DNA of 59,665 bases. Origin: Acidimicrobiaceae bacterium (GTDB lineage Bacteria; Actinomycetota; Acidimicrobiia; Acidimicrobiales; RAAP-2). A program made the translations under genes and the position numbers. Each line of letters begins with the position of its first letter. Within the stretch, counting starts at the first letter, position 1. The stretch lies in NCBI GenBank assembly GCA_003134515.1, contig PLBM01000087.1, positions 3,922 through 63,586 on the forward strand. Direction: 5' to 3'. The notes beneath the pieces were generated by a model. The model was not told the DNA's origin. It was given only the letters and a program-made list of their open reading frames with translations, and did no database searches. Below, in pieces: positions 1 through 9,546 of the stretch.

Positions 1-246
1 GTGGAGCGAATTCACGAAGAGTCCTACGGACGAGGAGTGCCACCACTGCGGTCCCCGTAAAGCGAGCAGGCAACCGGTGGCTATCACGACCGCCAGCGCG
101 GCCATCGTGGTGACACCAAAGACGTAGATCCACGACGACACGTACGTGGGCTGCTTGTCCGGCAGCAACTTTTCGGGGGGCAGCTTGTCGGTGACCCGTC
201 GGCGTAGCCGGGTGGTCCACTGGCGGTCGATCTCGGTCGTGCTCAT
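1..246 (-). CDS. Cytochrome b/b6 N-terminal domain protein (partial, runs off the window start)
   Basis: Manual translation MSTTEIDRQWTTRLRRRVTDKLPPEKLLPDKQPTYVSSWIYVFGVTTMAALAVVIATGCLLALRGPQWWHSSSVGLFVNSLH. Helix A (YVFG...ATG.LL) and the SLH haem-ligand motif match cytochrome b. ATGA overlap with the upstream small ORF. Confidence 0.75.
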   Translation of the reverse strand, partial: MSTTEIDRQWTTRLRRRVTDKLPPEKLLPDKQPTYVSSWIYVFGVTTMAALAVVIATGCLLALRGPQWWHSSSVGLFVNSLH

Positions 247-428
247 GGGTTCTCCTTACGACGGCGTCGCCCAGGAAAGGGCAGCAGGATCGCGGCGACG
301 AACGTGACCGCCATCAACACAATCACTAAGACATTGGCAATGCTGATTTCAATGAAATGCCAATGCAGATAGTGACCGAGATTGTCGAGCGGCACTAATG
401 CCGCGAGTGAGCCATACCAGGACATCAA
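243..428 (-). CDS. Small single-pass membrane protein coupled to the cytochrome b gene
   Basis: 61 aa, one hydrophobic helix then a basic tail. AGAGGGG SD-like sequence upstream; its stop overlaps the next ATG (ATGA). Confidence 0.7.
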   Translation of the reverse strand: MMSWYGSLAALVPLDNLGHYLHWHFIEISIANVLVIVLMAVTFVAAILLPFPGRRRRKENP

Positions 429-618
429 AACCCCTCTTCGTGGACGACTGCGGACTCTGGTTCAACTTACTAGGGTCTCACGCGTCTGCGGTTACGTAAT
501 TCCACCCACCGCCGTCACGTAGTTTCCCCTGGTCGACAGCGACTGAGCATTTTGTTGACGATTGTGTCAGGGAAATATGCGTTGCTGACACTGAGGATTC
601 AACGCGAACCTTGACGAA

Positions 619-1551
619 TTAGGCAAGACGCTTCTTCATCCCGGGTTCGCGGTCGTGGGCGATTTGGCGAAGATTGAACTGAGTGAGGCCGATGGTAAGA
701 GAGATCGCGCCGGCCACGTGCAGTTCGACGAGCCAGGCGGGCAAGTGGGTCAAATACTGGGTCGCGCCAATGGCCGCCTGCACCAGTGCGATGTACACCA
801 GGCGGCGAACGCCGAGCTTGAGCGCGGTGGGCGCGTCACTCTTCCAGATGGCGACGAGCACGCCGGTGACCAGCCCGATGAAGAGCACGGCCGCCAACGA
901 GTGCACCCACGCGGCCGACGAGAGCGCGAAAGGCAGCCGTCGCGCCACGAGTTGACCTTGGGAGGCGCCGGCGTGGGGACCCGAGCCTGTCGTGGCCGTG
1001 CCGGTGAGCACGAGCACGAAGAAGGGAAGCCACATCGCACGAGCCACGAGGCGAAAATAAGGGTTGCGCACGTCGGCGCGTGCGCCCGGACCGTAGACGT
1101 ACTTCGCGTGGTGATAGAGCGTCGCGCCGATCGCCACCATCGCGAGACTCAAGAGCATGTGGAGTGACACCAAATAGGGATTGAGCTTGGAGTAGACGAC
1201 AAAAGCCCCCAGGACGGCGTCGGCGACGACGCCGAGAACCAATGCGCCGGCCAGCGCAACTAAGTCGACGCGCCACTTCTCTCGAAGGAGCGCCGCGACG
1301 AAGGTGACGCCGACGAGCACGACCAGGGCGATGGTCACCATCCGGTTGCCGTACTCGATGAGGGGATGAAGACTCCACGACCCGGTGAGTCGGTCGTGAA
1401 AACAGGTGGGCCAGTCCGGACATCCCAGCCCCGATCCCGACAGACGAACGGCCGCGCCGGTGAGCACGATGACGATCATCGACAGGAACGTGGCCAGGGC
1501 CAACCAGCGAAACACTGGACCAGTCACGCGACGGCGCGTCAAATAAGGCAC
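619..1551 (-). CDS. ctaA: Haem A synthase (COX15/CtaA)
   Basis: SGLGCPDWPTC, EYGNR and several His-bearing TM helices. TAGGCT -10 box 6 nt before the GTG. Confidence 0.92.
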   Translation of the reverse strand: MPYLTRRRVTGPVFRWLALATFLSMIVIVLTGAAVRLSGSGLGCPDWPTCFHDRLTGSWSLHPLIEYGNRMVTIALVVLVGVTFVAALLREKWRVDLVALAGALVLGVVADAVLGAFVVYSKLNPYLVSLHMLLSLAMVAIGATLYHHAKYVYGPGARADVRNPYFRLVARAMWLPFFVLVLTGTATTGSGPHAGASQGQLVARRLPFALSSAAWVHSLAAVLFIGLVTGVLVAIWKSDAPTALKLGVRRLVYIALVQAAIGATQYLTHLPAWLVELHVAGAISLTIGLTQFNLRQIAHDREPGMKKRLA

Positions 1552-1584
1552 CGACCCAGCCTAGGTAATTGGGTGACTCCTAGG

Positions 1585-2508
1585 ATGACCTCTGTGACTC
1601 TCTCCGCGACCACGCCGCACTCGACGGTTGAGGTGTTGAAGGGTTACCTGGCCCTCACGAAGCCGCGCATCATCGAGTTGCTCTTGGTGACGACCGTGCC
1701 GACGATGATCGTGGCCGCGAACGGTTTCCCGCGCTTGTGGTTGATCGTCGCGACGTTGATTGGCGGCACGCTTGCCGCGGGTGGCGCGAACGCATTCAAT
1801 ATGGTGATCGACCGTGACATTGACGCCATCATGGAGCGAACCAAGCGGCGCCCACTGGTCACTGGCGTCATGTCGCCTCGCGCGGCGGCGCTCTTCGCCT
1901 CCGCCCTCGAAGTCGTGGCCTTCGCGGTGCTCGTCATCTGGGTCAATCCACTCTCCGCCTGGCTCGCGCTGGCCGCGACGGCCTTCTACGTGGTCGTGTA
2001 CTCCATGATCTTGAAGCGACGCAGCAAGCAGAACATCGTCATCGGCGGTGCCGCGGGCGCGGTGCCGGTGTTGATTGGCTGGGCCGCCGTGACCAACTCA
2101 CTGGGCTGGACCCCAGTGTTGCTGTTCCTCGTCATCTTCATCTGGACCCCGCCGCACTTCTGGGCGCTCGCCGTTCGTTACCGCGACGACTATCAGGCCG
2201 CTCACGTGCCCATGCTGCCCGTCGTGACCTCGTTACGTCGCACCACGCTCGAAATTCTTATCTACTCAGTCTTGTTGTGGGCGTTGACGCTGTTGATCGG
2301 GCCCAGCGCGCATTTGGGATGGATCTACGCCGTGTCGGCGACAGTGCTCGGCGCGATGTTCACGTTCTACGCGCTGCGTCTGTATCGACACGCCCGGGTG
2401 GACAGAGCCAACGTCGCCGAGGCGATGCGACTGTTCCACTTTTCCATCACGTACCTTTCGGCTCTCTTTATCTTGATGGCGGTCGACGTACTTGTCCGAC
2501 ACCACTAA
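1585..2508 (+). CDS. ctaB: Protohaem IX farnesyltransferase (haem O synthase)
   Basis: LTKPRII, NMVIDRDIDAIMERTKRRPL, WTPPHFWALA motifs. Start moved from the ORF-track position 1366, which overlaps ctaA. Confidence 0.95.
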   Translation: MTSVTLSATTPHSTVEVLKGYLALTKPRIIELLLVTTVPTMIVAANGFPRLWLIVATLIGGTLAAGGANAFNMVIDRDIDAIMERTKRRPLVTGVMSPRAAALFASALEVVAFAVLVIWVNPLSAWLALAATAFYVVVYSMILKRRSKQNIVIGGAAGAVPVLIGWAAVTNSLGWTPVLLFLVIFIWTPPHFWALAVRYRDDYQAAHVPMLPVVTSLRRTTLEILIYSVLLWALTLLIGPSAHLGWIYAVSATVLGAMFTFYALRLYRHARVDRANVAEAMRLFHFSITYLSALFILMAVDVLVRHH

Positions 2509-3070
2509 GGCCCCCAGGGGACGACCGTCTCCGATGATGTTCGTGTCCCTCGGCCTCGGGGCCGTCTTGGCCATCGCGCTGATCACCGTGGTCTCGGTAC
2601 TCACGGGGGGCAAGGCGACCCCGAACAACGGGGCGGCGACGTCGGCGCTGGTTGGCACACACCCGAAGAGTTTCTCCGTGAGTGGCCTCTACAGTGGCAC
2701 AGCCTACGCACCGTGGACGACGGGCCGCGCCAGCGTCTTGATCTTCTTTGCTAGCTGGTGCGGGCCGTGTAAGACTGAGATGCCCAAAGTCGCCGCGTAT
2801 CTACGCACCCACGTTTCGAGCCCCGTCGAAGTCCTTGGCATCGACGCCAACGACCAGCGTGCAGCGGCGCAGGCCTTCGTGAAGAAAGATGACGTGACCT
2901 TTCCGGTGGCCTTTGACGCAAACGGCCTCGTGACGAGCGGCGTCTTTTCCTTTCTCACGGTTCCCGAGACCGTCTTTGTCAACTCAAAAGGGGTCGTTAC
3001 CCAGGTCTACTTCGGCGCCATCCCCGTAAAGGAACTGGCGCAAGGCATCCAGAGCTTGAAGTCGGCTTAG
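2492..3070 (+). CDS. Membrane-anchored TlpA/ResA-family thiol-disulfide oxidoreductase
   Basis: N-terminal TM helix, FFASWCGPC active site and cis-Pro VPET motif. Confidence 0.88.
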   Translation: MSDTTKAPRGRPSPMMFVSLGLGAVLAIALITVVSVLTGGKATPNNGAATSALVGTHPKSFSVSGLYSGTAYAPWTTGRASVLIFFASWCGPCKTEMPKVAAYLRTHVSSPVEVLGIDANDQRAAAQAFVKKDDVTFPVAFDANGLVTSGVFSFLTVPETVFVNSKGVVTQVYFGAIPVKELAQGIQSLKSA

Positions 3071-3798
3071 TCCACGCGAAACGTTCGCGCGGCGAGTAAC
3101 GGCGCGGCTACGGCCCACAGCGCGAGCGAGAGCCAGTCGGCGCTGCTCGGACGAACGCCTTGACCGAGGACGCGATGGAGGGCCTCGGCCATCGCGCCCG
3201 ACGGTAGACAGATCACGATCCGTCGCACCAGAGAGGGCAGTGACGTGAGGGGCACCACTATTCCCGATAGCAACAGCAGTACCAGATAGAGGCCATTGGT
3301 CACGGCCAGGTTGACTTCCGCACGAAGCCATCCCGCGAGCGCGAGACCAATGCCCGCCAAACCCGCCGAGCCCAGCACCAGCGCGAAAAGGACGTCAAAA
3401 ACGCCGAGGAGACCGCCGTGCGGGCGCCACCCCAAGAGCAGCGCTACCGCGCCGAGCACGATCACTTGCAGCGCTTCGGTGAGCAGGACTCCGGCCACCT
3501 TGGCGCCGATGAGACGCGCTCGGCCTAGAGGCGTCACGTGCAACCGTCGTAGTACGCCCGAGGCCCGCTCGAAGCCCGTGGCGATCGAAAGAGCCACTAG
3601 TGACGTCGAAAGCACACAGAGCGCCAAGATCCCGGGCGCGATGAAATCGACGCGATGGCCAGCGGGTGAGGCGGTGACGTGGGTAAGTGAGAAAAACACG
3701 AGCAAGAGCACCGGGATACCCACGGTGACCAACAGTGTCTCGCCGCGGCGAATGGCCATGGCCACTTCGGCGCGAGTCTGCGCCCACCACGCGCTCAC
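3067..3798 (-). CDS. ABC-2 type transporter permease
   Basis: About six TM helices; FER.SGVLRRL..TPL motif; coupled to the ATPase gene. Confidence 0.88.
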   Translation of the reverse strand: MSAWWAQTRAEVAMAIRRGETLLVTVGIPVLLLVFFSLTHVTASPAGHRVDFIAPGILALCVLSTSLVALSIATGFERASGVLRRLHVTPLGRARLIGAKVAGVLLTEALQVIVLGAVALLLGWRPHGGLLGVFDVLFALVLGSAGLAGIGLALAGWLRAEVNLAVTNGLYLVLLLLSGIVVPLTSLPSLVRRIVICLPSGAMAEALHRVLGQGVRPSSADWLSLALWAVAAPLLAARTFRVD

Positions 3799-4706
3799 GG
3801 TCGTGCGTCGTTTCGTTCGTCGGCGATGAGTTCGAGGTAGCGCTCTTCGAGTGACGCACGCGTGCGAAGTGAGACGAGCGAGAGACCGACGCTCGCGAGA
3901 TAACTAGTCACCAGCGCAATTCGCTCGGGCGACGACGCGACATTGCAACGAAGCCGTCCAGCGTCATCGGGGGCTACCGCACACCCCAGCAAGTTGCCGA
4001 GGGAGGCCGGGTCGACATGTCCGGAGGTTTCAATGATCATTTCGGGCGAACCCGCGAGTTCATCGAGCGTGCCCTGGGCGACCACGCGGCCCCGGTGCAT
4101 GACGACCAGTCGATCGGCCAAACGTTCGGCTTCATTGAGTTCGTGCGTGGTGAGAAAGAGCGCGCAGCCGCGCTCGCGCTCTGAGCCAATGAGGTTACGA
4201 ATGGCTTGGCGGCCTTCGGGATCGACGCCCGTGGTGGGCTCGTCCAGCACGAGCGCGCGCGGACGTCCAAGCAGGGCCAGGGCGAGCAACGTGCGTTGCT
4301 GCTCGCCCCCGCTGAGGCGTCGCCACGGCGTCGTCGCGCACCGTTCGAGGTCGAGTAACGCCAGTAGTTCATTCGTGTCACGCGGGGCGTCGTAGTACGA
4401 CGCGGTAAGGCGCAGTACGTCGCGTGGCGTCATCGGGGCCCACACGCCGCCTCGTTGGAGAAGCGCGCCGGTACGCACAACAACTTCGCGGTGATCGCGC
4501 ATCGGGTTCAGGCCGTGAAGACGAACAGTACCCGCCTGGGGTGCACGAAAGCCGAGCAGGGTCTCGACAACGGTCGTCTTGCCGGCACCGTTGGGTCCGA
4601 GCAGCGCCACCACTTCGCCGTAGTTGACGTTGAGCGTCACGTCGTCAACCGCGCGCAATTCGGCGAAGGTGACTTCGAGATGTTGGACGTCGACGGCGTA
4701 ACTCAC
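3795..4706 (-). CDS. ABC transporter ATP-binding protein
   Basis: Walker A GPNGAGKT, signature LSGGEQQR, Walker B LVLDEPT. Confidence 0.95.
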   Translation of the reverse strand: MSYAVDVQHLEVTFAELRAVDDVTLNVNYGEVVALLGPNGAGKTTVVETLLGFRAPQAGTVRLHGLNPMRDHREVVVRTGALLQRGGVWAPMTPRDVLRLTASYYDAPRDTNELLALLDLERCATTPWRRLSGGEQQRTLLALALLGRPRALVLDEPTTGVDPEGRQAIRNLIGSERERGCALFLTTHELNEAERLADRLVVMHRGRVVAQGTLDELAGSPEMIIETSGHVDPASLGNLLGCAVAPDDAGRLRCNVASSPERIALVTSYLASVGLSLVSLRTRASLEERYLELIADERNDARP

Positions 4707-4765
4707 GTCTAACGAACCTAGACGGTTCCACGAACCTACTGCGCACGTCTAGGTAGGCTTGGCGC

Positions 4766-6073
4766 ATGATTGATCTCGTCGAGCTACGCCGCGAACCCGA
4801 CGCTGTCAAGGCGGCCCTCGCCCGCCGCGGCGTTTCATCGGCCACCATGGACGAGATCGTGGCGCTCGATCTAGAGCACCGGCGACTGCTGCAAGGGGCC
4901 GAGGGTCTGCGTGCCCAGGTGAAGGAACTCTCGCGCCAAGTGGGCGACGCTCGCCGTCTCAAGGACGCCGCGACGGCCGAGGCGCTGAGCGCCAAGAGCC
5001 GGGCGCTGGGAGACCAAGAGCGGGTGGCGAGCGAAGAAACCGATGCGGTCGGGGCAACGCTTCACGGCCTTTTGCTCATGCTTCCTAACGTTCCGGATCC
5101 TAAAGTTCCTGACGGAATCGATGAAAGTGACAACGTCGAACTTCGTCGCTGGTGGGTCGGGATGGATGAGGGCTCGCCCCTTCCCACCTACGCTAATCAT
5201 CAGCGCGTGCCTCACTGGGAGATAGGTACCCAACTTGGAATTTTGGACATGGAGTCGGGCGCCAAACTGGCCGGCTCGATGTTCGCGCTCTATCGAGGCG
5301 CGGGGTCACGACTAATTCGCGCGCTCGGATCCTTCGCGCTCGATCGTCACGGGGGCGACTACGAAGAGATTCACCCGCCCAGCTTCGCGTTGAGCGAGAC
5401 CATGGTGTCGACGGGTCACTTACCCAAATCGGTCGACGACATGTACGCCATCGAACGCGACGGTCTGTGGGCCATTCCCACGGGCGAGGTTCCCTTGACG
5501 TCGCTGCACCGTGGCGAGATTCTTGACGAGGCGGCGCTGCCCGTTCGCCTCTGCGCCCAGACGGCGTGCTTTCGCCGTGAAGCGGGCGCCGCGGGACGTG
5601 ACACTCGCGGGTTACTGCGCGTGCACGAGTTCGACAAGGTCGAGCTCTTCGCGTACTGCACGCCCGCCCAGGCCGACGAAGCCCACGCCGACATCTTGCG
5701 CCGAGCCGAAGAGCTCCTGCAGTCTCTTGGCCTGACCTACCGGCTCTTGAATCTGTGCACGGGCGACTTGGGCACCGCCTCGGCCTACACGATTGACCTG
5801 GAGGTCTTTAGCCCCGGCGTGGATCGCTGGCTGGAAGTGTCGTCGGTGAGTTGGTTTCGTGACTTCCAAGCTCGTCGGGCCAACGTGCGCTACCGCACGA
5901 GTGAGGGCACGACGGCTCTCGTGCACACCGTCAACGGCTCGGCGCTGGCGTGGGCCCGCATCTGGGCGGCCCTCGTGGAGACCTACCGTCAGCCCGACGG
6001 ATCCGTCGTGTTACCGGACGTGCTTGCGCCCTACTTAGGTGGCGAGACGACCATTCGCCCTAAGGTTTCGTGA
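4766..6073 (+). CDS. serS: Serine--tRNA ligase
   Basis: N-terminal coiled coil, motif 2 FRREAGAAGRDTRGLLRVHEFDKVE, EVSSVS, DFQARR, HTVNGSALA. Confidence 0.97.
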   Translation: MIDLVELRREPDAVKAALARRGVSSATMDEIVALDLEHRRLLQGAEGLRAQVKELSRQVGDARRLKDAATAEALSAKSRALGDQERVASEETDAVGATLHGLLLMLPNVPDPKVPDGIDESDNVELRRWWVGMDEGSPLPTYANHQRVPHWEIGTQLGILDMESGAKLAGSMFALYRGAGSRLIRALGSFALDRHGGDYEEIHPPSFALSETMVSTGHLPKSVDDMYAIERDGLWAIPTGEVPLTSLHRGEILDEAALPVRLCAQTACFRREAGAAGRDTRGLLRVHEFDKVELFAYCTPAQADEAHADILRRAEELLQSLGLTYRLLNLCTGDLGTASAYTIDLEVFSPGVDRWLEVSSVSWFRDFQARRANVRYRTSEGTTALVHTVNGSALAWARIWAALVETYRQPDGSVVLPDVLAPYLGGETTIRPKVS

Positions 6074-6779
6074 CTTCGTACCGGTAGCCGACGCCGCGCA
6101 CGGTGGTGATGTGCGTGGGGTTCTTGGGTTCGTCCTCGATGAGGGTTCGAAGGCGCTTGATGTGCACGTCGAGGGTCTTGGTGTCGCCCACGTAGTCGCT
6201 GCCCCACACCCGGTCGATAAGAACTTCACGGGTGAGCACTCGACCGGGATTATCGAGCAAGAGTCGAAGCAGGGCGAACTCCTTCTTGCGAAGCTTGATC
6301 TCGTCACCGTCGACGAAACAGCGCCGGGCGTCGATGTCCATACGGATGTTGCCGCGCACGATTTCCTCGTCGTCGTCGTCGTGATCGTCATCTCGGCGCC
6401 GGCGAAGCACCGCGCGCATTCGGGCCACTAGTTCACGTAAGCGATAGGGCTTCGTGACGTAGTCGTCCGCGCCGATCTCGAGCATCAACACCATGTCGAT
6501 CTCCTCGCCCTTGGCGCTGACGATGATGATGGGCACACCGCTCGTCGCACGAATCGATCGGCAGACGTCGAGGCCGGACATCTTGGGCAACATGAGATCG
6601 AGCAGTACGACGTCGAAGTGACTCTTGTTGAAGAGGGTGACGGCTTCGAGTCCGTCACGCGCGATCGTGACGTCGAATCCTTCGCGGTCCAATCCGATCG
6701 TCAGGGCGTCGACGAACGACTCCTCGTCCTCTACGACCAGCACTTTGGCGCGCTGTTGACTCGGCTGCTTTTTCGTCAT
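6060..6779 (-). CDS. regX3: OmpR/PhoB-family response regulator, RegX3-like
   Basis: VVEDE, LLDLMLP, GADDYVTKP, VWGSDYVGDTKTLDVHIKRLR (typical RegX3/PhoP). Confidence 0.9.
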   Translation of the reverse strand: MTKKQPSQQRAKVLVVEDEESFVDALTIGLDREGFDVTIARDGLEAVTLFNKSHFDVVLLDLMLPKMSGLDVCRSIRATSGVPIIIVSAKGEEIDMVLMLEIGADDYVTKPYRLRELVARMRAVLRRRRDDDHDDDDEEIVRGNIRMDIDARRCFVDGDEIKLRKKEFALLRLLLDNPGRVLTREVLIDRVWGSDYVGDTKTLDVHIKRLRTLIEDEPKNPTHITTVRGVGYRYEVTKP

Positions 6780-8074
6780 TGTTGGTTGGTTGGCAGTTGG
6801 AGGGTAAACGTCGAGCCCTCGCCCTCTCGTGAGTCCACGAGGATCGTGCCACCGTGATTCTGGGCTACGTGGCGAACAATACTGAGACCGAGTCCGGTGC
6901 CACCCGTCTCGCGAGCTCGCCCCGGGTCCACGCGATAGAAGCGCTCGAAGATTCTCTCGAGATCCTTGGCCGGTATGCCGATGCCGTGATCTCGAATCGC
7001 GACGTGCACGTAGGGCCCGACGATCTCGCCATCGTCGTTGTGGCTCGCGTCGACCCGGTTGACGTCAATCTCGACGGTGTCACCGCGCGGCGAATAAACG
7101 ACGGCGTTCTCGAGCAAGGCGTGCAGCGCGGACGTCAGCTGGCGTCGATCGCCAAAGACCACCGGATTGGTCGCGGGCTCTTCGAAGCTGATTTTGATTT
7201 CGTGCTGCTCGGCCGAGGTGCGAATCCGTTCGATACCCTCGGCCACGATCAGCGACACGGCGATGGGTTCGCGAGTGGGCGAACCTTGGCCCTCAATTCG
7301 TGACAGATCGAGCAGGTCCTCGATGATTCGATTCACCCGGAAGGCCTCATTGTTGATTCTCTCGGCGAGTCGGTGGGCCACGGAAGGGTCTCGTTCGTAC
7401 TGCAGTGTTTCGGCCAAGAGGCCGAGCGCGCCCATGGGGGTCTTGAGTTCGTGCGACACGTTGGCGATGAAGTCGCGCCGAATGTCTTCGAGACGGCGCC
7501 GTTCGGAGACGTCCTCGATGATGGCGAGAACCCCGAGTGATCGGCGTCCGTCGTCGATGACGGTCGATCGAACGGTGAGCGTGCGTCGAGGCGGGCCGTA
7601 GATGTCGATCGTACGTTCCGCCACGCCGCTGGACCACGCGTCGTTGAGGACGTCGGTGACCGCCTGAGCGGCGATGGCGTCGCCGTAGCGGCTGGCCATG
7701 AGAATCTCGGCCTGCGTGTTTCGAAAGATAACCCCGCCCGCTTCGTCGCACAGCACAAGACCGAGGGGCAACGTATCGAGGGAACGTCGCAGTCGAACGG
7801 ACTCCGCGTTCGAATCGCTCACTGCGTTGTGGGCGGCGCCGGTAACCTCCTCGAGGTAGCTCAGCGCGGACTCGACCTTACCGTCGCCGTGACGGGGATC
7901 GACGGCGAGGCGTGAGGCGAGAGCGTTGAGGCGTTGGGCGATGGCACGATGCCCGCGTTGGCGAAATATCAAGATTCCAAAGATGACGCCGACGAGGAGG
8001 ACTCCGGCGATGGCGAAGTACACGGCGAGCGATGGCCACTGCGAGATCACATTTTTCGTCAAGACGCCGGGCAC
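6776..8074 (-). CDS. senX3: Sensor histidine kinase, SenX3/PhoR-like (start uncertain, 8050-8074)
   Basis: One TM helix, PAS-like region, H-box FIANVSHELKTP, ERFYRVD..R.R.TGGTGLGLSIV; coupled to regX3. Confidence 0.88.
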   Translation of the reverse strand: MPGVLTKNVISQWPSLAVYFAIAGVLLVGVIFGILIFRQRGHRAIAQRLNALASRLAVDPRHGDGKVESALSYLEEVTGAAHNAVSDSNAESVRLRRSLDTLPLGLVLCDEAGGVIFRNTQAEILMASRYGDAIAAQAVTDVLNDAWSSGVAERTIDIYGPPRRTLTVRSTVIDDGRRSLGVLAIIEDVSERRRLEDIRRDFIANVSHELKTPMGALGLLAETLQYERDPSVAHRLAERINNEAFRVNRIIEDLLDLSRIEGQGSPTREPIAVSLIVAEGIERIRTSAEQHEIKISFEEPATNPVVFGDRRQLTSALHALLENAVVYSPRGDTVEIDVNRVDASHNDDGEIVGPYVHVAIRDHGIGIPAKDLERIFERFYRVDPGRARETGGTGLGLSIVRHVAQNHGGTILVDSREGEGSTFTLQLPTNQQ

Positions 8075-8152
8075 GTCTCCATTCTCGCAGACCCGGTCAG
8101 GTGGGTGGCGACGGCGACCGTTGGGCACTCTCTATGCGAAAGCGAGCCCACG

Positions 8153-8437
8153 ATGTTCTACGCCGATGTCAAACTCAGTCCCTCCACCACGGCGCTTCCG
8201 GGCGGAGCCGCCTTGCAGCAGATTGCCAACGGAATAGCGTCGTGGGCGCTCATTGGCGCACTCGTCGCTTTGTTGCTCGGCGCGGCGTTATGGGCGGTGG
8301 GCAGTCACACCCAAAACATGCACCAATCCGCGCAAGGTCGCCGCGCGGTACTGACGTCGCTCGGCGCCGCCATTCTCATCGGTGCGGCGCCGAGTTTGAT
8401 CAATTTCTTCTTTAACACCGGACTCAACGTTCACTGA
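8153..8437 (+). CDS. Conjugative-type pilin (VirB2/TrbC-like, DUF6112-like)
   Basis: 94 aa from MFYADV; LPGG motif; two hydrophobic helices separated by a polar/basic loop (GSHTQNMHQSAQGRR); first gene of the T4SS-like operon. Confidence 0.75.
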   Translation: MFYADVKLSPSTTALPGGAALQQIANGIASWALIGALVALLLGAALWAVGSHTQNMHQSAQGRRAVLTSLGAAILIGAAPSLINFFFNTGLNVH

Positions 8438-9546
8438 TGGGCGGTCTGCTCTGTATTTTCACCCCCGGCTCGTGCGCCGGCACTATCGCCAAGTCCACCT
8501 TCAACGATCTATTTGACGCGATGACGAGTTGGATCTTGAGCAGCGTCCAGTGGCTACTCGACGCCGCCGGAAAGGTGCTCACCTCGGCCAGCGAACCCGT
8601 GACGATTCTTAACGGCGCTCGGGGCGAGTTCACGACGCTGCTAGTTTTCGCGGCCCCACTCATGATGATTGGTCTCTTAGTGTCGACGCTCCAAGCCCTC
8701 CGACACGGCGAAGCGTCAATGCTGTGGCGGGTCTATCTCGGCGTGGCCCCGGCCTGCGTGGCCGGCATCGCGTTGTCGCGCCCGCTGGCGCTGCTCGTCC
8801 TTCGGGCCATCGATCAAATGTCGTCGAGTGGGGCGAGTACGGTGGCGCATCACGAAGCGACGCTCGCCAAGAATCTGATCACGCTCGTGCCTTCGACGCC
8901 GGGCTTTGCGCTCTTCTTGCTCGGGGGTGCCGTCGTGATCGGGACTTGGCTCTTATGGTGCGAACTCATTGTTCGAACCGTGGTGCTGACGCTGTTGCTG
9001 GTACTGGTGCCCGTGGTCGTACCGCTATCGGTGTTTCCCTCGATGCGCCGGCTCAGCTTCCGTCTTGCCGAGACGTTCCTCGCGATCGCGGCGAGCAAGT
9101 TCATCATCGTGGTGACCCTGGTGCTGGGACTCAACGAACTCCAGGGTTCTTCGATCACCGAGGTGATCACCGGCGCCGTGACCCTGATGATGGCGACGTG
9201 CACCCCGTTTCTCTTGCTTCGAGTGATTCCTTTCATCGAGCAGTCCGCCCTGCACAGTCTCGAGGGACTCAGATCGCGTGCCACACGCGGCGCGTCGAAC
9301 GCGTCGTCATCGCCGGTCGCCCAGGTCGTGCGCTCAATGACCCCGGACGCGCCAATCCCTGGTCCGCCGACCCGTCCCGACGACCTGGGTCTCGAGACTT
9401 GGCCGGGCGAGGGCGAACGGCCGATGCCCCCGCTGGACGGTGAGCCACCAGCGCCGCCGATTGGAACGCCTCGAGTGCGAGGCGGGCACGTGGCGTACCA
9501 CCGTGACGATATGGGCCCGGTCGTCGGGTGGCACTTTGATGAGTGA
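8437..9546 (+). CDS. VirB6/TrbL-like polytopic membrane protein
   Basis: Multiple TM helices with the LW.EL.VR..VL.LL.VL.P pattern of VirB6-like proteins; Pro-rich C-tail; TGATG coupling to the pilin gene. Confidence 0.72.
   Translation: MGGLLCIFTPGSCAGTIAKSTFNDLFDAMTSWILSSVQWLLDAAGKVLTSASEPVTILNGARGEFTTLLVFAAPLMMIGLLVSTLQALRHGEASMLWRVYLGVAPACVAGIALSRPLALLVLRAIDQMSSSGASTVAHHEATLAKNLITLVPSTPGFALFLLGGAVVIGTWLLWCELIVRTVVLTLLLVLVPVVVPLSVFPSMRRLSFRLAETFLAIAASKFIIVVTLVLGLNELQGSSITEVITGAVTLMMATCTPFLLLRVIPFIEQSALHSLEGLRSRATRGASNASSSPVAQVVRSMTPDAPIPGPPTRPDDLGLETWPGEGERPMPPLDGEPPAPPIGTPRVRGGHVAYHRDDMGPVVGWHFDE

Noticed and set aside
564-591. GTGTCAG-N14-CTGACAC inverted repeat downstream of ctaA
   Set aside because: 7-bp arms with a long loop and no U-tract; cannot distinguish terminator, operator or chance.
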